Below, in pieces: positions 36,981-50,931 of a stretch of DNA of 64,000 nt (within the stretch, counting starts at the first letter, position 1; each line of letters starts with the position of its first letter). The notes beneath the pieces were generated by a model, which did not search any database, was not told where the DNA came from, and was given only the letters and a program-made list of their open reading frames with translations. Both the position numbers and the translations under genes were made by a program. Source of the stretch: Octopus vulgaris (lineage: Eukaryota); the NCBI GenBank assembly GCA_951406725.2, contig OX597827.1, forward strand, positions 310,001-374,000, given 5' to 3'.

Positions 36981-39900
36981 TATACAGGTTACAGGTTTAG
37001 TGATGCAAAGGGAAAAATAGAATTCAAAGCATGAGTGTGTGTATATATATATATATATATATTATTATTATTATTATTAATATTTAGCAGAAGCAACAAA
37101 GTGAGTCAAGGGCCAAACCCAAGGCTATACAGGAAGACACATGCCCAAGGTACCATGCAGTGGGACTGGACCTGGGACCATGTGGTTGGGAAGTAAGCTT
37201 TTTACCACACAGCTACACCTATGTTCATATTTATATTAAAATTTCAATTCACATCTCAAAAGTGTGACATGACTGCCAGTAAGTGAGTGTAATTATGTAT
37301 GCAATTGTGTGCGTGTGTGTGTGTGTACACCTAACAGATGTAGATACAGAGTTTGCTTTGTTACCATGTGGTTTGAACTTTTATCTCATCGGTACCTTGA
37401 GCAAATATCTTCTATAAGACAGTTTCCATCTATGAATTTCTTTCATGAAATACTGTGAGTGAAATTGGTAGGTGGAAACTGTATGGAAGTCTGCTGTATA
37501 TGTATATATTGTGAGGACCTCTTAGTCTTGTGAAAAGTATGAAATCTCTCTCATGTTGGAGCCACAAAAACATCCACTACCCTCTCCAAGATGGTTGGTG
37601 ATAGGAAATGGAAAGCAAATGAGGCAAGGGCCCCAAACCCATCTAAGTGAGCTGTATCCCCACTGAATATGGACTGACTCATTCGTGATGACCTGTCCAG
37701 TCCATGTCAGCATAGAAAGCAGATGTATGATGATGATGATGATGTCAGTATGTGTATGAGAATGCTTGCATTTCTCAATTTGTATGGATAGTGCCGATCT
37801 ATAAATGGTGATGTTTGTTGACATTACTGTGACCACAGTTATTCTTTGTGCTTGAAAACTGTAGGATAGAAAAAAAATCAGGTTTGTGAGAAGTAATCAA
37901 TGCCTCAGTACTATGTTTTTATTCATCCCATACTAATATGGGGGGAAAATGAATTAATGAATGAACATTTATAAACTCTAATGTAGGACAAAAAACAGAA
38001 CAGCCTCTCTCACATGTATTTCAACTACATACCTGTTGTAGATATGAGGTCCAAGTCTTGTGGGAGAGTTTGTATATGCATCATCATGCATATGTATATA
38101 AATGTTAACATATGTTTATTATTTTAATGAGAGGGAGGATAAGTTAAAAAGATAGAGAAAGTGAAAATTACTAGGAATAGAAGCAGTAAATAAAGAAGAG
38201 ATGGAAAGAGACATCACCAACTTGCTATCTCACAGAGCAAGATTAAAAATATCAATTACTTTGCAGTGAATTAAAACTAGTTCTCTGATTGAATTGTGCC
38301 GTTGAATTCTGCATTGATAAAATTTAAAAACCACATTTTGATAAAAATATATTAAAATTTGAATTTTCAAGAATTTTCTAGGCAGTGTAGACTTTAATAA
38401 TTGCTTTCTTTTAGTAAAAGTTATATACTTATAACTAATTAATAAGCAGCTTTCTTTATTATAGTATAGATATAAGCCAGTTCCAGAATAGCAACAGAAC
38501 ACTTACTAATGGACTGACTCAATACTGAGAACAGAATCAAATTTATTCATAAAGTTGACTGGGACTTCAAGTTTCATCTATCAGTTTGTTCAGCATGGTT
38601 GAACAAGCCAACAATGATTCTTGAAGTCCTAGTTAACTTGATCTTCACAGGTAATATGTATGTATATGTATGTTTGCAAACATATTTTGTGTATGTATGT
38701 ATATATGTATGTATAACAGCTTAATGTATCATGAAATAAAAGTTAATATTATTTTATTAATATCTCCAGATTTTTAATATTTAAAAAAATGTACCATTAA
38801 TTAATTGAAAGACTTAAAGAATTTCTTGTCTAAAATAAAACGTTTAACAAAACATTATTACAGAATAAATCACACAGAACATATGTTATAATTATGATGT
38901 TATGTTCATCATCATCATTTAACGTCTGCTTTCCATGCTAGCATGGGTTTGGACGATTTGACTGAGGTCTGGCAAACCAGACTCCAATCTGATCTGGCAG
39001 AGTTTCTACAGCTGGATGCCCTTCCTAACACCAACCACTCCAAGAGTGTAGTGGGTGCCTTTACGTGCCACTGGCACGAGGGCCAGTTAGGTGGTACTGG
39101 CAATGGCCACGCTCAAATAGTGCTTTTTATGTTCCACCTGCACAGGAGCCAGTCCAGCGGTACTAGTAAAGATCTCGCTCGAATGTTTTTTTTCACGTGC
39201 CACTAGCACAAATGCTAGTAAGGCAACACAGGTAATGATCACACTCGAATGGTGTTTTTAACGTGCCATCGGCACGAAGGCCAGCTTGTTGCTCTGGCAA
39301 CAATCTCACTCGTATGGTCCTCTTAGCACTCCACTAGCAGCGAATGCCAGTCACCAAGTTTGATTTTGATTTCAATTTCACTTGCCTCAATAGATCTTCG
39401 CAATCGAGTTTGACTTATGTAAGCTATTATATGATATGACTGTGTGTGTGTGTAAAAAGGAAACTATAGCCGTAACTTGCAAGCGAATATGATCTGGTAG
39501 CATTTTTCATTTCTTGTAAACATCTGAGGTTCCAACAAGGAGTCATTGGATGTAATTGTTAAATTGTTATTGATCAAAGGCATTCCAGCCATGACAATCC
39601 AGTCTTTTTTAATCAGGCATAATGTTATCCAGTCTGTCTTTGTTATTGTTTAGTCCCAAGTCAGTCCTTATTAGCAGATATGATGAAAAATATTCTAATC
39701 ATGATCATCCACTGATTGTTTTCGGACTTAATGTAGCTGGGACTGCTTTGGCTAATGTGTCATTCCTTGTGGTTGCTGTTATTGTTTAGCTGCAGGTCAT
39801 CCTTCATGCAGCAGAGCCATGACCAGTGGCCCTCCAGTTGTGGCATGGATACACCACACACACACACACACACACACACACAGGGGGACACATACAAATG

Positions 39901-40348
39901 TACTGTATTTCACACACATGTGCAAATACACACAGATATATATGCAATTATGCTGTATCTTAACTTTTCTCTCTCTCTTTCTCTCTCTCTCACACACACA
40001 CACATACCGCAATCACAGATTAAAATCAACCAGGCAGAAGATGACCCTTTAAAAAAGAGCTTTTCACTATGGATAAAGATTGCAAAGATAAGAAATAAGT
40101 GAGATGGAAAAATAAATAGTGCATCTTGCATTGCAGGCTGGGGTTGCTAGGATCCAGTAATACTAGAAGCATCACTCTCCTGTATTCCCATTCTTGACAC
40201 ATGGCTATAATATGAATTCAGTGACCACTGCTCAAAGTAGCATTTATGTTTATACAATCATAGGTCAACATACACAGACATAACTTACAAGAATACATAC
40301 ACAAACACGCATCATAAGATATATGTATATATATATATATGTATATAT

Positions 40349-40522
40349 AGGGAGAGTTTACGAAAAAAACAAAAGACGAAGACAGGTGGTGTACAAAACA
40401 AACAGATGTATTAGTATAACACTCAGGAATAGAAAAAGTATTTTACGTTTCGAGCCTACGCTCTTCTACAGAAAGGGACAGAGAAAAATGTGTGTAGTGG
40501 TTAATGATCTATCATGGCAACT

Positions 40523-40524
<2 letters not shown>
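40349..40524 (-). mobile_element. Short insert in (TA)n with minimal hammerhead-like motif; probable Penelope-like fragment
   Basis: Minus strand 40474-40441: TTT CTGTAGA A GAGC gtag GCTC GAAAC GTA AAA. Confidence 0.6.
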
Positions 40525-40559
<35 letters not shown>

Positions 40560-40564
<5 letters not shown>

Positions 40565-41045
40565 ACATCATTATCAGAAGCATTTAATATCTGTTTCCCA
40601 TGCTGGTATGGGTTGGATGGCTTGACAGAAAATGGTAAGGCGAGGAGCCACACCAGGTTCCATAGTCTGTTTTGGCTTGGTTTCTGCAGCTGGATGCCCT
40701 TCCTAATGCTAACCAATTCACAGAATGTACCAAGTGCTCTGTACATGGCACCATCACCAGTGCTTTTTACATGCATGGCACTAGCACCAGCGCTTTTTAT
40801 GTGGCACCAGCACTCACACCAGTGTTTTTTCACACAACACCTTGGTTTTAGGATATAAATTGTGTTGTGGTGGGAAGGTCTTCTTGAATACAGCAATGTG
40901 CCATATATCTTGGTCCTCTGTTACCTCCTTTGTTAGGCTCAACATTTTGAGATTGGCCTTCAGTACTTCATCCCATGTCTTTATGGGTCTCCTTCTTCCA
41001 CCACTTCCCCCCACTTTAAGTGATCACCACTTCTTTATCCAAGTG
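40560..41045 (-). mobile_element. RTE LINE 3' end (C-terminal coding remnant plus tail)
   Basis: RRRPIKTWDEVLKANLKMLSL followed on the same strand by the aagggcatccagctg...(gat)n tail. Confidence 0.8.
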
Positions 41046-41520
41046 ATCTAATATCTATAGCTTCTTGTCTAAGTAGTCTAATATCAACAGCTTATATTCT
41101 TTCTAAGTAATATAACAACCATAGTTTACAATCTGTCTAAGTGGTTTCACACCCACAGCTTGTAGTCTGTCTATCTCATAAGTTTAACAGCTATCGCTTC
41201 TTGTCTAAGTAATCTAACATCCACAACTTCTTGTCTATCTAGCTTTTAGTGGTCTAACACCTACAGGTTATTTGTGTAGGTGGTCTGATATCTACAACTT
41301 ATTTGTTTAAGAAGTCTAACATACATTGTAATCCGTCTAAGTAGTCTCACATCTGTAGCTTCTTGCCTGCATTAGTCAATATGTTCAGCTTGTAGTCAAT
41401 CCATCTAAGTAGTCTAACATCTGCAATTTATAATCTGCCTAAGTAATCTAACAGTCACCACTTATAGTCTGTCTATCTGTATTGTCTAATATCCTTCGCT
41501 TATAATTTGTATGTCAAACA
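41040..41520. repeat. Old degenerate minisatellite, unit about 30-34 bp
   Basis: Consensus approximately gtctaagtagtctaacatctacagcttctt recurs more than ten times with heavy divergence. Confidence 0.75.
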
Positions 41521-41984
41521 TTAAACTATAAGTCAACGAGGGAGACTTCCTATGGTCACTCGACTTGCTTGAAATAACAGTAGTTTCTCTTTCAAAAATT
41601 GCCCCACAATCTTCAAACATGAAAAAAATGATCCATTAGACAATATAGTCCTAGATACCCTTATGCGGACATGATGGTCATGGGCAGAACAACTTTGATC
41701 AATGATCTGCTCAGTCAGGGTTCACCTGGGCTAAACAAGAACAATAGCAGTAATGACAATGTTGATTATAGTAGAAAGCATAATTTAAAAAGAAAGTGTA
41801 TAAACAAACAAGAAGTAGTCGTGAATGTTAGCTTTAATTATATTTCTGCTGTTGGTTTTTCTTTTGGTTGTTGTTGTTGTTTACAATATCATGTCAAGTT
41901 TTGTGAATTTGTAAGCATAAATTGTTTATTTTAGTTTGAGGGAAAATTAGCACAATTTTCAATTTTTATTTGTTCATTTATTCA

Positions 41985-42021
<37 letters not shown>

Positions 42022-43130
42022 CTGTCACTACCATCATCATCATCACTATTACTTTCAGTTATTATCATTACCATCACCTTAAAAATAAACACCACCACCA
42101 CCACCACCTGCATCATCGTTGTTATCATCGCAGTAGTATTATTTTTATTGCATGTTTCAACTGCATAACTGAGTGCAGCTATGGATGCTTTGGCTATGTG
42201 CACTGTGTGCAGTGTTTTTGTTTTGTTTTGTTTAATTTTTTTTTGTTGCATTTTTTCTCTTTTTATCCTCATCATTATTGTTATTCTGCCCACATCCTCA
42301 TCACTCCCAAACCCATTGATTTATAGCTCTTAAAATATTGGTAATGTAATTCACAATAATTTGTAATTTCCAATTTCCAAATGAATCCATATTACAGCAT
42401 CTAACATTAAGCAAAGGTATCAATTAGTAGAGAAAAAAATATTCATTGTTAACGAACCGTTGAGTATTTGAAAATAAATCCATATTTTGTATTTGTTTTT
42501 CTCTTTTTTTTTGTAAAGTTTTTGTTGTTTTTAATGTCCACATGGTAACATGCTTGTTTGGTTGGTGTCAAGTGGCTTAATTTTTAAACAATATTTTATT
42601 TTATAATATTGCTTAGGAGAGATCACAGCTGGCAAAGTATGCCATGCTAGACTTAGGCAAGTTAAGGTTTGCTCTGTAATTCTGAGGTCTCTTGTTTGAT
42701 ATCAGTGTGTGGTGTTTTGAGCAAGTGTTGTTTACCATGAATAAGCCCAGGGTTGACTAAAGATTTCCAGGATTGAGCCAAGAGTTCCAGGATTGACTTG
42801 GTGTGAAATTGGGTCAACAGAAACTATGGAAGCCTACTGGATGGATTCATTTATTATTCGGAGGTCTGTCTTGTCAGAGCGCCATTATAATTCAAACTGA
42901 GAATTACATCATCATCATCATCATCATTCTACTGACCACTTTTCCATGCTTGCATGGGTCAAATAAAATCTGTTCAGGCAGGTTTTCTAGGGCCAAGTGC
43001 CTTTCCTGTTGCCTACCCTTACCTCTTTCCAAGCAAGGTAATATTTTCCCCATAACCTCTAGAAATGAACAACATTACTCATATGATGATGATGTTTATT
43101 TACAGCCATCGTGTGATGTCTAGACAATCA

Positions 43131-43176
<46 letters not shown>

Positions 43177-43356
43177 ACCACCACCACCAACAACAACAAC
43201 GAGCTTCTTTTCCATTTCCATCTACCAAATCTACTCACAAGGCTTTGGTCGGCCTGAGGCTATAGTATAAGACATTTGCTCAAGGTTCCATGCAGTGGGA
43301 CTGAACCCAGAACCATGTGGTTGGGATGCAAGCTCCTTACCACACAGCCACACCTG

Positions 43357-44115
<759 letters not shown>

Positions 44116-44550
44116 GTATATATATAGGGCAGGCTTCCTTAAGTTTCTGTCTGCCAAATCCACTCACTTGACTTTGGTTGGCCTGGGACTGTAGTAGAAG
44201 ACACTTACTCAAGGTATCACACAGTAGGACTGAACCACACCCACAGCTGTAAAACTTAATTTAATGAGTCAGTAGTTGACAACCACAAGGTCTTGGTTTC
44301 AAACCACCTGTGTGCTAGCTCAAGTAATCATCTGATGATGTATCACCGATGAAATATTTTAAATGTAGAATTGTTATTGTATTAGAGCCAAATCAAATCT
44401 GATCAAGCAAATCCATGATCAAACCCAGAATCATATTACTTAACCTGTTCTTTTTTTTTTTACCCCTTATTATTTAAACCAGCCAAAGTATTCCCCCTGT
44501 TTTATGTTCAAACTGGCCAGATCTGGCCTCTCACACCGACCCTACAATAT

Positions 44551-44785
44551 CTATTTTTTTACTACCCACAAGGGGCTCAACACAGAGAGGACAAACAAGG
44601 ACAAACAAACAGATTAAGCCGATTTTATTGACCCCAGTGCGTAACTGGTACTTATTTAATCGACCCTGAAAGGATGAAAGGCAAAGTTGACCTCGGTGGA
44701 ATTTGAACTCAGAACGTAGTGGCAGACGAAATACCTCTAAGCATTTCGCCCAGCGGGCTAACAATTCTGACAAGCTTGCTGCCCA
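44551..44785 (-). mobile_element. SINE inserted with a 12-bp TSD into a piggyBac-type MITE (host about 44462-44918)
   Basis: accctacaatat at 44539-44550 and 44786-44797 flanks the SINE. The host ends ...gggtaatctgaatgctaaaggTTTAA and matches the MITE at 56250-57195 in reverse. Confidence 0.85.
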
Positions 44786-45264
44786 ACCCTACAATATTTT
44801 AAAAATTATTACTTACCTCATCAAAATTTGATTAATTCAATGCTTGATTAATTCAAAGCAATATGAATAAATAAATAAGCTTTACATTTGACAGGGTAAT
44901 CTGAATGCTAAAGGTTTAAGACAGTAGGGTGTAATTTGAGGGAAATTTGGCTGCTATTTCTAGTATATTGAACAACTTTGTAGAGACTCCCTCATTAGCT
45001 GATTGTTGTTGGGAGATGAAGTTAATTAATGATGTAAATGTAATTAGTGTTGATGGTGTTGATGGCCATTGAGGCCAATCGACTGTTAACTCTGGACATG
45101 ATGTGTTACCTTCAACTTGTTTCAGTCAGTGAACTGTGGCCATGCTGGGGCATTGAACCCTTGTGCTTATTTTAAAGCCTGGTGCTTATTCTGTCGGTTT
45201 TGTGGTTGAACTGCTAAGTCATGGAGACATAAACAACTAATATCAGTTGTCAAGTGTTGGTGGT

Positions 45265-45312
<48 letters not shown>

Positions 45313-46356
45313 ATTGGCTTCTATACAATTTCCATCTCCTTAATTTAGCCACAAAACATTGGTTAGTCTGGGGCTATATGAGAAGACAGTTACCCATGGT
45401 AATGCACAGTGGGATTGAACCTGAACCACGTGGTTGCAAAGCAAGCTTCTTAACCACTCTGCCGTATCCTAGAGTCATATTAAAGCCTATAAGTACATAT
45501 TCTCTCTCTCTCTCACACACACACCAATTGTGATTTCCCTTCTTGTTTTTGGTTGCATCTCCAGAAATTATTGTTACACTTTTCCTTTAACCTTCTGGAT
45601 GAAGTGGAGAATTTAAACTCATTGAGTGTGGGTGATGGAGCCATGTAAAAAGCACTGGTATGGTGCTATTTCAAAAGCACCCAGTACACTCTGTAAAGAG
45701 GTTGGCATTAGGAAGGGCATCCTGCTGTAGAAACCAGGCCAAAACTAACTGTGGGCCCTGGCCTTGCCAGTTCCTGTTAAGCCATCCAACCCATGCCAAC
45801 ATGGGAAATGAATGTTAAATGTTGATGATGATGGCTGATGATGAGAAGGTGAAGCAAAAAAACGTGATGAAAATTTTGGAGAATCTAATCAAAAACAAGA
45901 AGTAAATTGTAACTGGTGAGTGTTTTGAGGATTAAATTATGTTGCTTCCAAAATATAACAATATTGGTTCTGACACACAATTTCGGATCAAAATTCTTGC
46001 AAAACAAATTTAGAAGCATTTATTTTTTAAGTAATTGTTGAGTTTAACTAAATATGCGTCCGCGCACACACACACACACACACATGAACTTACACACACA
46101 TATACACACTCTCATATACATACATGTACACATTTCCTCATACATGCAAACATCATCTCCCTGTGATACATACGCATACATCTTTTCATTGCAGCACATA
46201 CGTACATGTCTTCTCACTACAACACATTTACACATATATTTGACTGTTAAACACACTCACACACACGTCTTACTGATACACATACACACATCTTCTCTCT
46301 ATCACACACATACATCTCTCTCACACATATACATGCACTCATATCTTCCCATTACC

Positions 46357-46465
46357 ACACACACACACACATTTTCACTGTCACTCCTTCACACAGACAC
46401 ACACTCACACACACACACACACACACACACACATTTTCACTGTCACTCCTTCACACAGACACACA

Positions 46466-46498
<33 letters not shown>

Positions 46499-46529
46499 TT
46501 TCACTGTCACTCCTTCACACAGACACACA

Positions 46530-46562
<33 letters not shown>

Positions 46563-46585
46563 TTTCACTGTCACTCCTTCACACA

Positions 46586-46618
<33 letters not shown>

Positions 46619-46932
46619 TTTCACTGTCACTCCTTCACACAGACACACACTCACACACACACACACACACACACACACATTTTCACTGTCACTCCTTCAC
46701 ACAGACACACACTCACACACACACACACACACACACACATTTTCACTGTCACTCCTTCACACAGACACACACTCACACACACACACACACACACACACAT
46801 TTTCACTGTCACTCCTTCACACAGACACACACTCACACACACACACACACACACACACACATTTTCACTGTCACTCCTTCACACAGACACACACTCCACA
46901 CACACACACACACACACACATTTTCACTGTCA

Positions 46933-46979
<47 letters not shown>

Positions 46980-47330
46980 TTTCACTGTCACTCCTTCACA
47001 CACACACACACACACACACACACATTTTCACTGTCACTCCTTCACACAGACACACACTCACACACACACACACACACACACACATTTTCACTGTCACTCC
47101 TTCACACAGACACACACTCACACACACACACACACACACATTTTCACTGTCACTCCTTCACACAGACACACACTCACACACACACACACACACACACACA
47201 CATTTTCACTGTCACTCCTTCACACAGACACACACTCACACACACACACACACACACACACACATTTTCACTGTCACTCCTTCACACAGACACACACTCA
47301 CACACACACACACACACACACACACATTTT
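46357..47330. repeat. Approximately 60-bp minisatellite, about 16 copies: fixed core plus variable (CA)n
   Basis: Unit cattttcactgtcactccttcacacagacacacact(ca)n. Confidence 0.95.
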
Positions 47331-47639
47331 CTTGCACATATCTGACTGCCACATACACATGTTTTCTCACTGCCACACAAGCACACACACATATTCATGC
47401 AAATATCTAGGTGCTTGTTTGTGTATGCATGTGTGTGTTTGTATGTGGATGCATGATTGTGTGTGTGTGCTTGTGTATGGGCATCCATCTGCATATCTCT
47501 GAGTGTATGCACACACACATACACACATGCATACAACCTTATGCTTTCTCTCTGAAAAGGGATGTCATGACAGAGCACCAGTGACTCCATTTGGAGTTGA
47601 GGGTCCTGCCTCACCACTAAAGATATATGTGTGTGTGTG

Positions 47640-47691
<52 letters not shown>

Positions 47692-48189
47692 ATTCCACTA
47701 TCCATTAAACCTTGTATAGAAAAAATACCTATATAAAACTAGTTTTAAAAGATGATTTTGAGACGATGTTTATGATGATGATGATGACAAAGATGACGAA
47801 GATGATGATGATGCTGATAGCAATGATGAAAATAGGCAATGATGATGCTGATAGCAATGAAAAATGATGATGACAAACTTAGTAGTCTGATGATGATAAT
47901 TTTTCTATTTGCTTAAGCCAGCAATTATTGTGGAGGCCATGCTAGAGCACTGACCTAATATTCATTTTACACACACAATAATTATATTGACTTCTAATAT
48001 AGGCTCAAGGCATTAAATATCTTAAGGGAAAGACGTTTAGTAGATTATATTGACCCCCCTTCGCCCCCAGTACATGACTGGTACTTTTATTTTTATGAGC
48101 CTAGAATGATGAAAGGAAAATTGACATCAAAGTGATTTAAACTCAGAAAGATACGTGACAACCTGCAATAATTATTGTTGTTATTTTTT

Positions 48190-48562
48190 TTTTCCTTCTT
48201 TCTTCAGATTTTCTTCCATTTCTCGCTGAGTGTTTTCCATACACTTAGGGCAGAGAAGCTCATTGTATGCATTCCCAGATTACACATGCAAATTCATAGG
48301 TAAAATATATATTTAAAAAAATTAATAAATAAATAAATTCATGAATGGATGTTGTTTTCACAGCGATAATGCTCTTCTCAGTACATGACTCATTCCAGAT
48401 TTTTTGCACTTCCTGTAGGGATGGTAAGCCTGGTATCATTTTCAAATAGGTTTCAGTACCTTTTTTTTTATCATTCCTAGAGATCCTACAATCACTGGTA
48501 CTGTAGTCGCCTTGAGATGCCACATTTTTTCAATTTCTATTAGCAAGTCTTTATATTTAGTG
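48190..48562 (-). mobile_element. 5'-truncated Dong/R4-like (RLE-type) LINE in a (TAA)n tract
   Basis: KYKDLLIEIEKMWHLKATTVPVIVGSLGMIKK followed, after a frameshift, by TETYLKMIPGLPSLQEVQKI: the restriction-like-endonuclease C-terminus of R4/Dong elements. Bounded by (TTA)n at 48563-48592 and an ATT-rich stretch near 48168-48185. Confidence 0.75.
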
Positions 48563-48819
48563 ATATTATTATTATTATTATTATTATTATTAAGATAGCG
48601 AGCTAGCAGAATCGTTAGCACACCAGGCAAATTGCTTAATGGCATTTCATCTGTTTTTGTTCAAATTTTGCTGAGGTTGACTTCGCCTCTCATCACATTT
48701 GGAATTGATAAGATAAGTACCTGTTGAGCACTGGGGTTGATTTAACTGACTTACTCAACTCCCCCAAAATTGCTGGCCTTGTGCAAAAATTTGAAATTGT
48801 CATTATTTTTATTATTATA

Positions 48820-49215
48820 GGTGCAGGAGTGGCTGTGTGGTAAGAAGGCGGCAAGCTGGCAGAAACATTAGCATGCTGGGTGAAATGCTTAGCGGTATTT
48901 CATCTGCCATTACATTCTGAGTTCAAATTCTGCCAAGGTCGACTTTGCCTTTCATCCTTTCGGGGTCGATAAATTAAGTACCAGTTATGCACTGGGGTCA
49001 ATGTAATCGACTTAATCCGTTTGTCTGTCCTTGTTTGTCCCCTCTATGTTTAGCCCCTTGTGGGCAATAAAGAAAAAAAAAAGCTTGCTTCCCAACCACA
49101 TGTTTCTGGGTTCAGTCCCACTGCATGGCCCCTTGGGCAATTGTCTTCTGCTATAGCCTTGGGCTGACCAAAGCCTTGTGAGTGAATTTGGTCAACGGAA
49201 ACAGGAAGAAGCCTG

Positions 49216-49253
<38 letters not shown>

Positions 49254-49470
49254 GTATATATATTTATATTTGTGTGTCTGTCTTTGTCCCCCCTCCATTG
49301 CTTGACAAGTGATGTTGGTGTGCTTAGGTCCCCATAACTTAGTGGTTCAGCAAAAGAAACTGACAGAATAAGTACTAGGCTTACAAAGAATAAGTCCTAG
49401 GTTGATTTGTTTGACTAAAGGCGGTGCTCCAGCATGGCCGCACTCAAATGACTGAAACAAGTGAAAGAAT
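48820..49470 (+). mobile_element. Full tRNA-derived SINE with internal (TA)n and CR1-type tail, its head split by a second SINE (48846-49081)
   Basis: ggtgcaggagtggctgtgtggtaaga | insert | agcttgcttcccaaccacatg...gggttcagtcccactg...(ta)n...ggcggtgctccagcatggccgcactcaaatgactgaaacaag. Confidence 0.85.
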
Positions 49471-49695
49471 ATTATTTTTATATTAGGTGGCAAATTGGCA
49501 GAGTTTTTGGATGCCAGGCAAAATGCTTAGCAGCATTTCATCCGTCTTCCCATTCTGAGTTCAAATACTGCCAATGTTGACTTTGCCTTTCATACTTTCG
49601 GGGTCGATAAAATAAGTACCAGTTGAACACTGGTGTCGATATAATTGACTCATCCCCTCCTACAAGATTGTTACTCTTGTTGAAAAATTTGAAAC

Positions 49696-49756
<61 letters not shown>

Positions 49757-49907
49757 ATACAGTGAGTACATCTACAGTATATACTATACATGTGGAATAC
49801 AGTAACTAACTCCTAGGAAACACTGTATTTCTGGAGCTAAGCAAGTACTCTTGAAATGTTGCATAGCACATACCAAAGAAATAAAATAGGGCATTACTGA
49901 CATATGT

Positions 49908-49956
<49 letters not shown>

Positions 49957-50271
49957 TGTTTGTCTGTGTGTGTGCTTGCCATCTATCCCACTTGATAACC
50001 GGTGTTGGTTTTTATTATGTATCCTGTAACTTAGTGGTCTGGCAAAAGACACCAATATGATGGCAGCAAGCTGGCAGAACCCTTAGCATGCTGGGCGAAA
50101 TGTTTAGCAGCATTTTGTCTGTCTTTATGTTTTGAGTTCAAATTCTGCCGAGGTCAGCTTTGCCTTTCAGCCTTTTGGGATCAATAAAGTAAGTACCAGT
50201 TGAGTATTGGGGTTAATGTAATTGACTTAGCCCTCCTCCAAAATTCAGGCCTTGTGCCTATAGCAGAAAGA

Positions 50272-50304
<33 letters not shown>

Positions 50305-50437
50305 CATAAAATGATGGGATGGTCATGGCTGGAATGCCTTTGTTCTTAGATCTGTTCAATGATCGAAAGCTAAATAAGAATCCCTGACAACAGCATCACT
50401 GGTAGAAGCTGTAAGATTTGTAGTAATAACATCTTTG

Positions 50438-50445
50438 ATAACAAC

Positions 50446-50477
<32 letters not shown>

Positions 50478-50628
50478 CCACCACCAAGCACCAACCACCA
50501 ATCACCACCAACCACCAATCACCACCACCACCACCACCACCACCACCACCACCACCACCACCACCACCACAACAACAACAACAACCACACCAAGCACCAA
50601 CCACCACCAACCACCAATCACCACCACC

Positions 50629-50660
<32 letters not shown>

Positions 50661-50807
50661 CAACAACAACCACCACCACCACCACCAGCACCCACCACCA
50701 ACCACCAATCACCACCACCACCACCACCACCACCACCACAACAACAACAACAACAACAACCACCACCAAGCACCAACCACCACCAACCACCAATCACCAC
50801 CACCACC

Positions 50808-50839
<32 letters not shown>

Positions 50840-50899
50840 CAACAACCACCACCACCACCAAGCACCAACCACCACCAACCACCAATCACCACCACCACC

Positions 50900-50931
<32 letters not shown>

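Noticed and set aside
38552-38639. 19-bp imperfect inverted repeat as another ribozyme hairpin
   Set aside because: The inverted repeat is real, but no ordered CTGANGA-stem-GAAA core could be assembled on either strand and it is not inside a (TA)n run.
46054-47502. 482-aa His/Thr-rich ORF and CRISPR-like look of repeat plus spacer
   Set aside because: The spacers are only (CA)n of varying length, there are no cas genes and the DNA is eukaryotic. The ORF is a by-product of the minisatellite.
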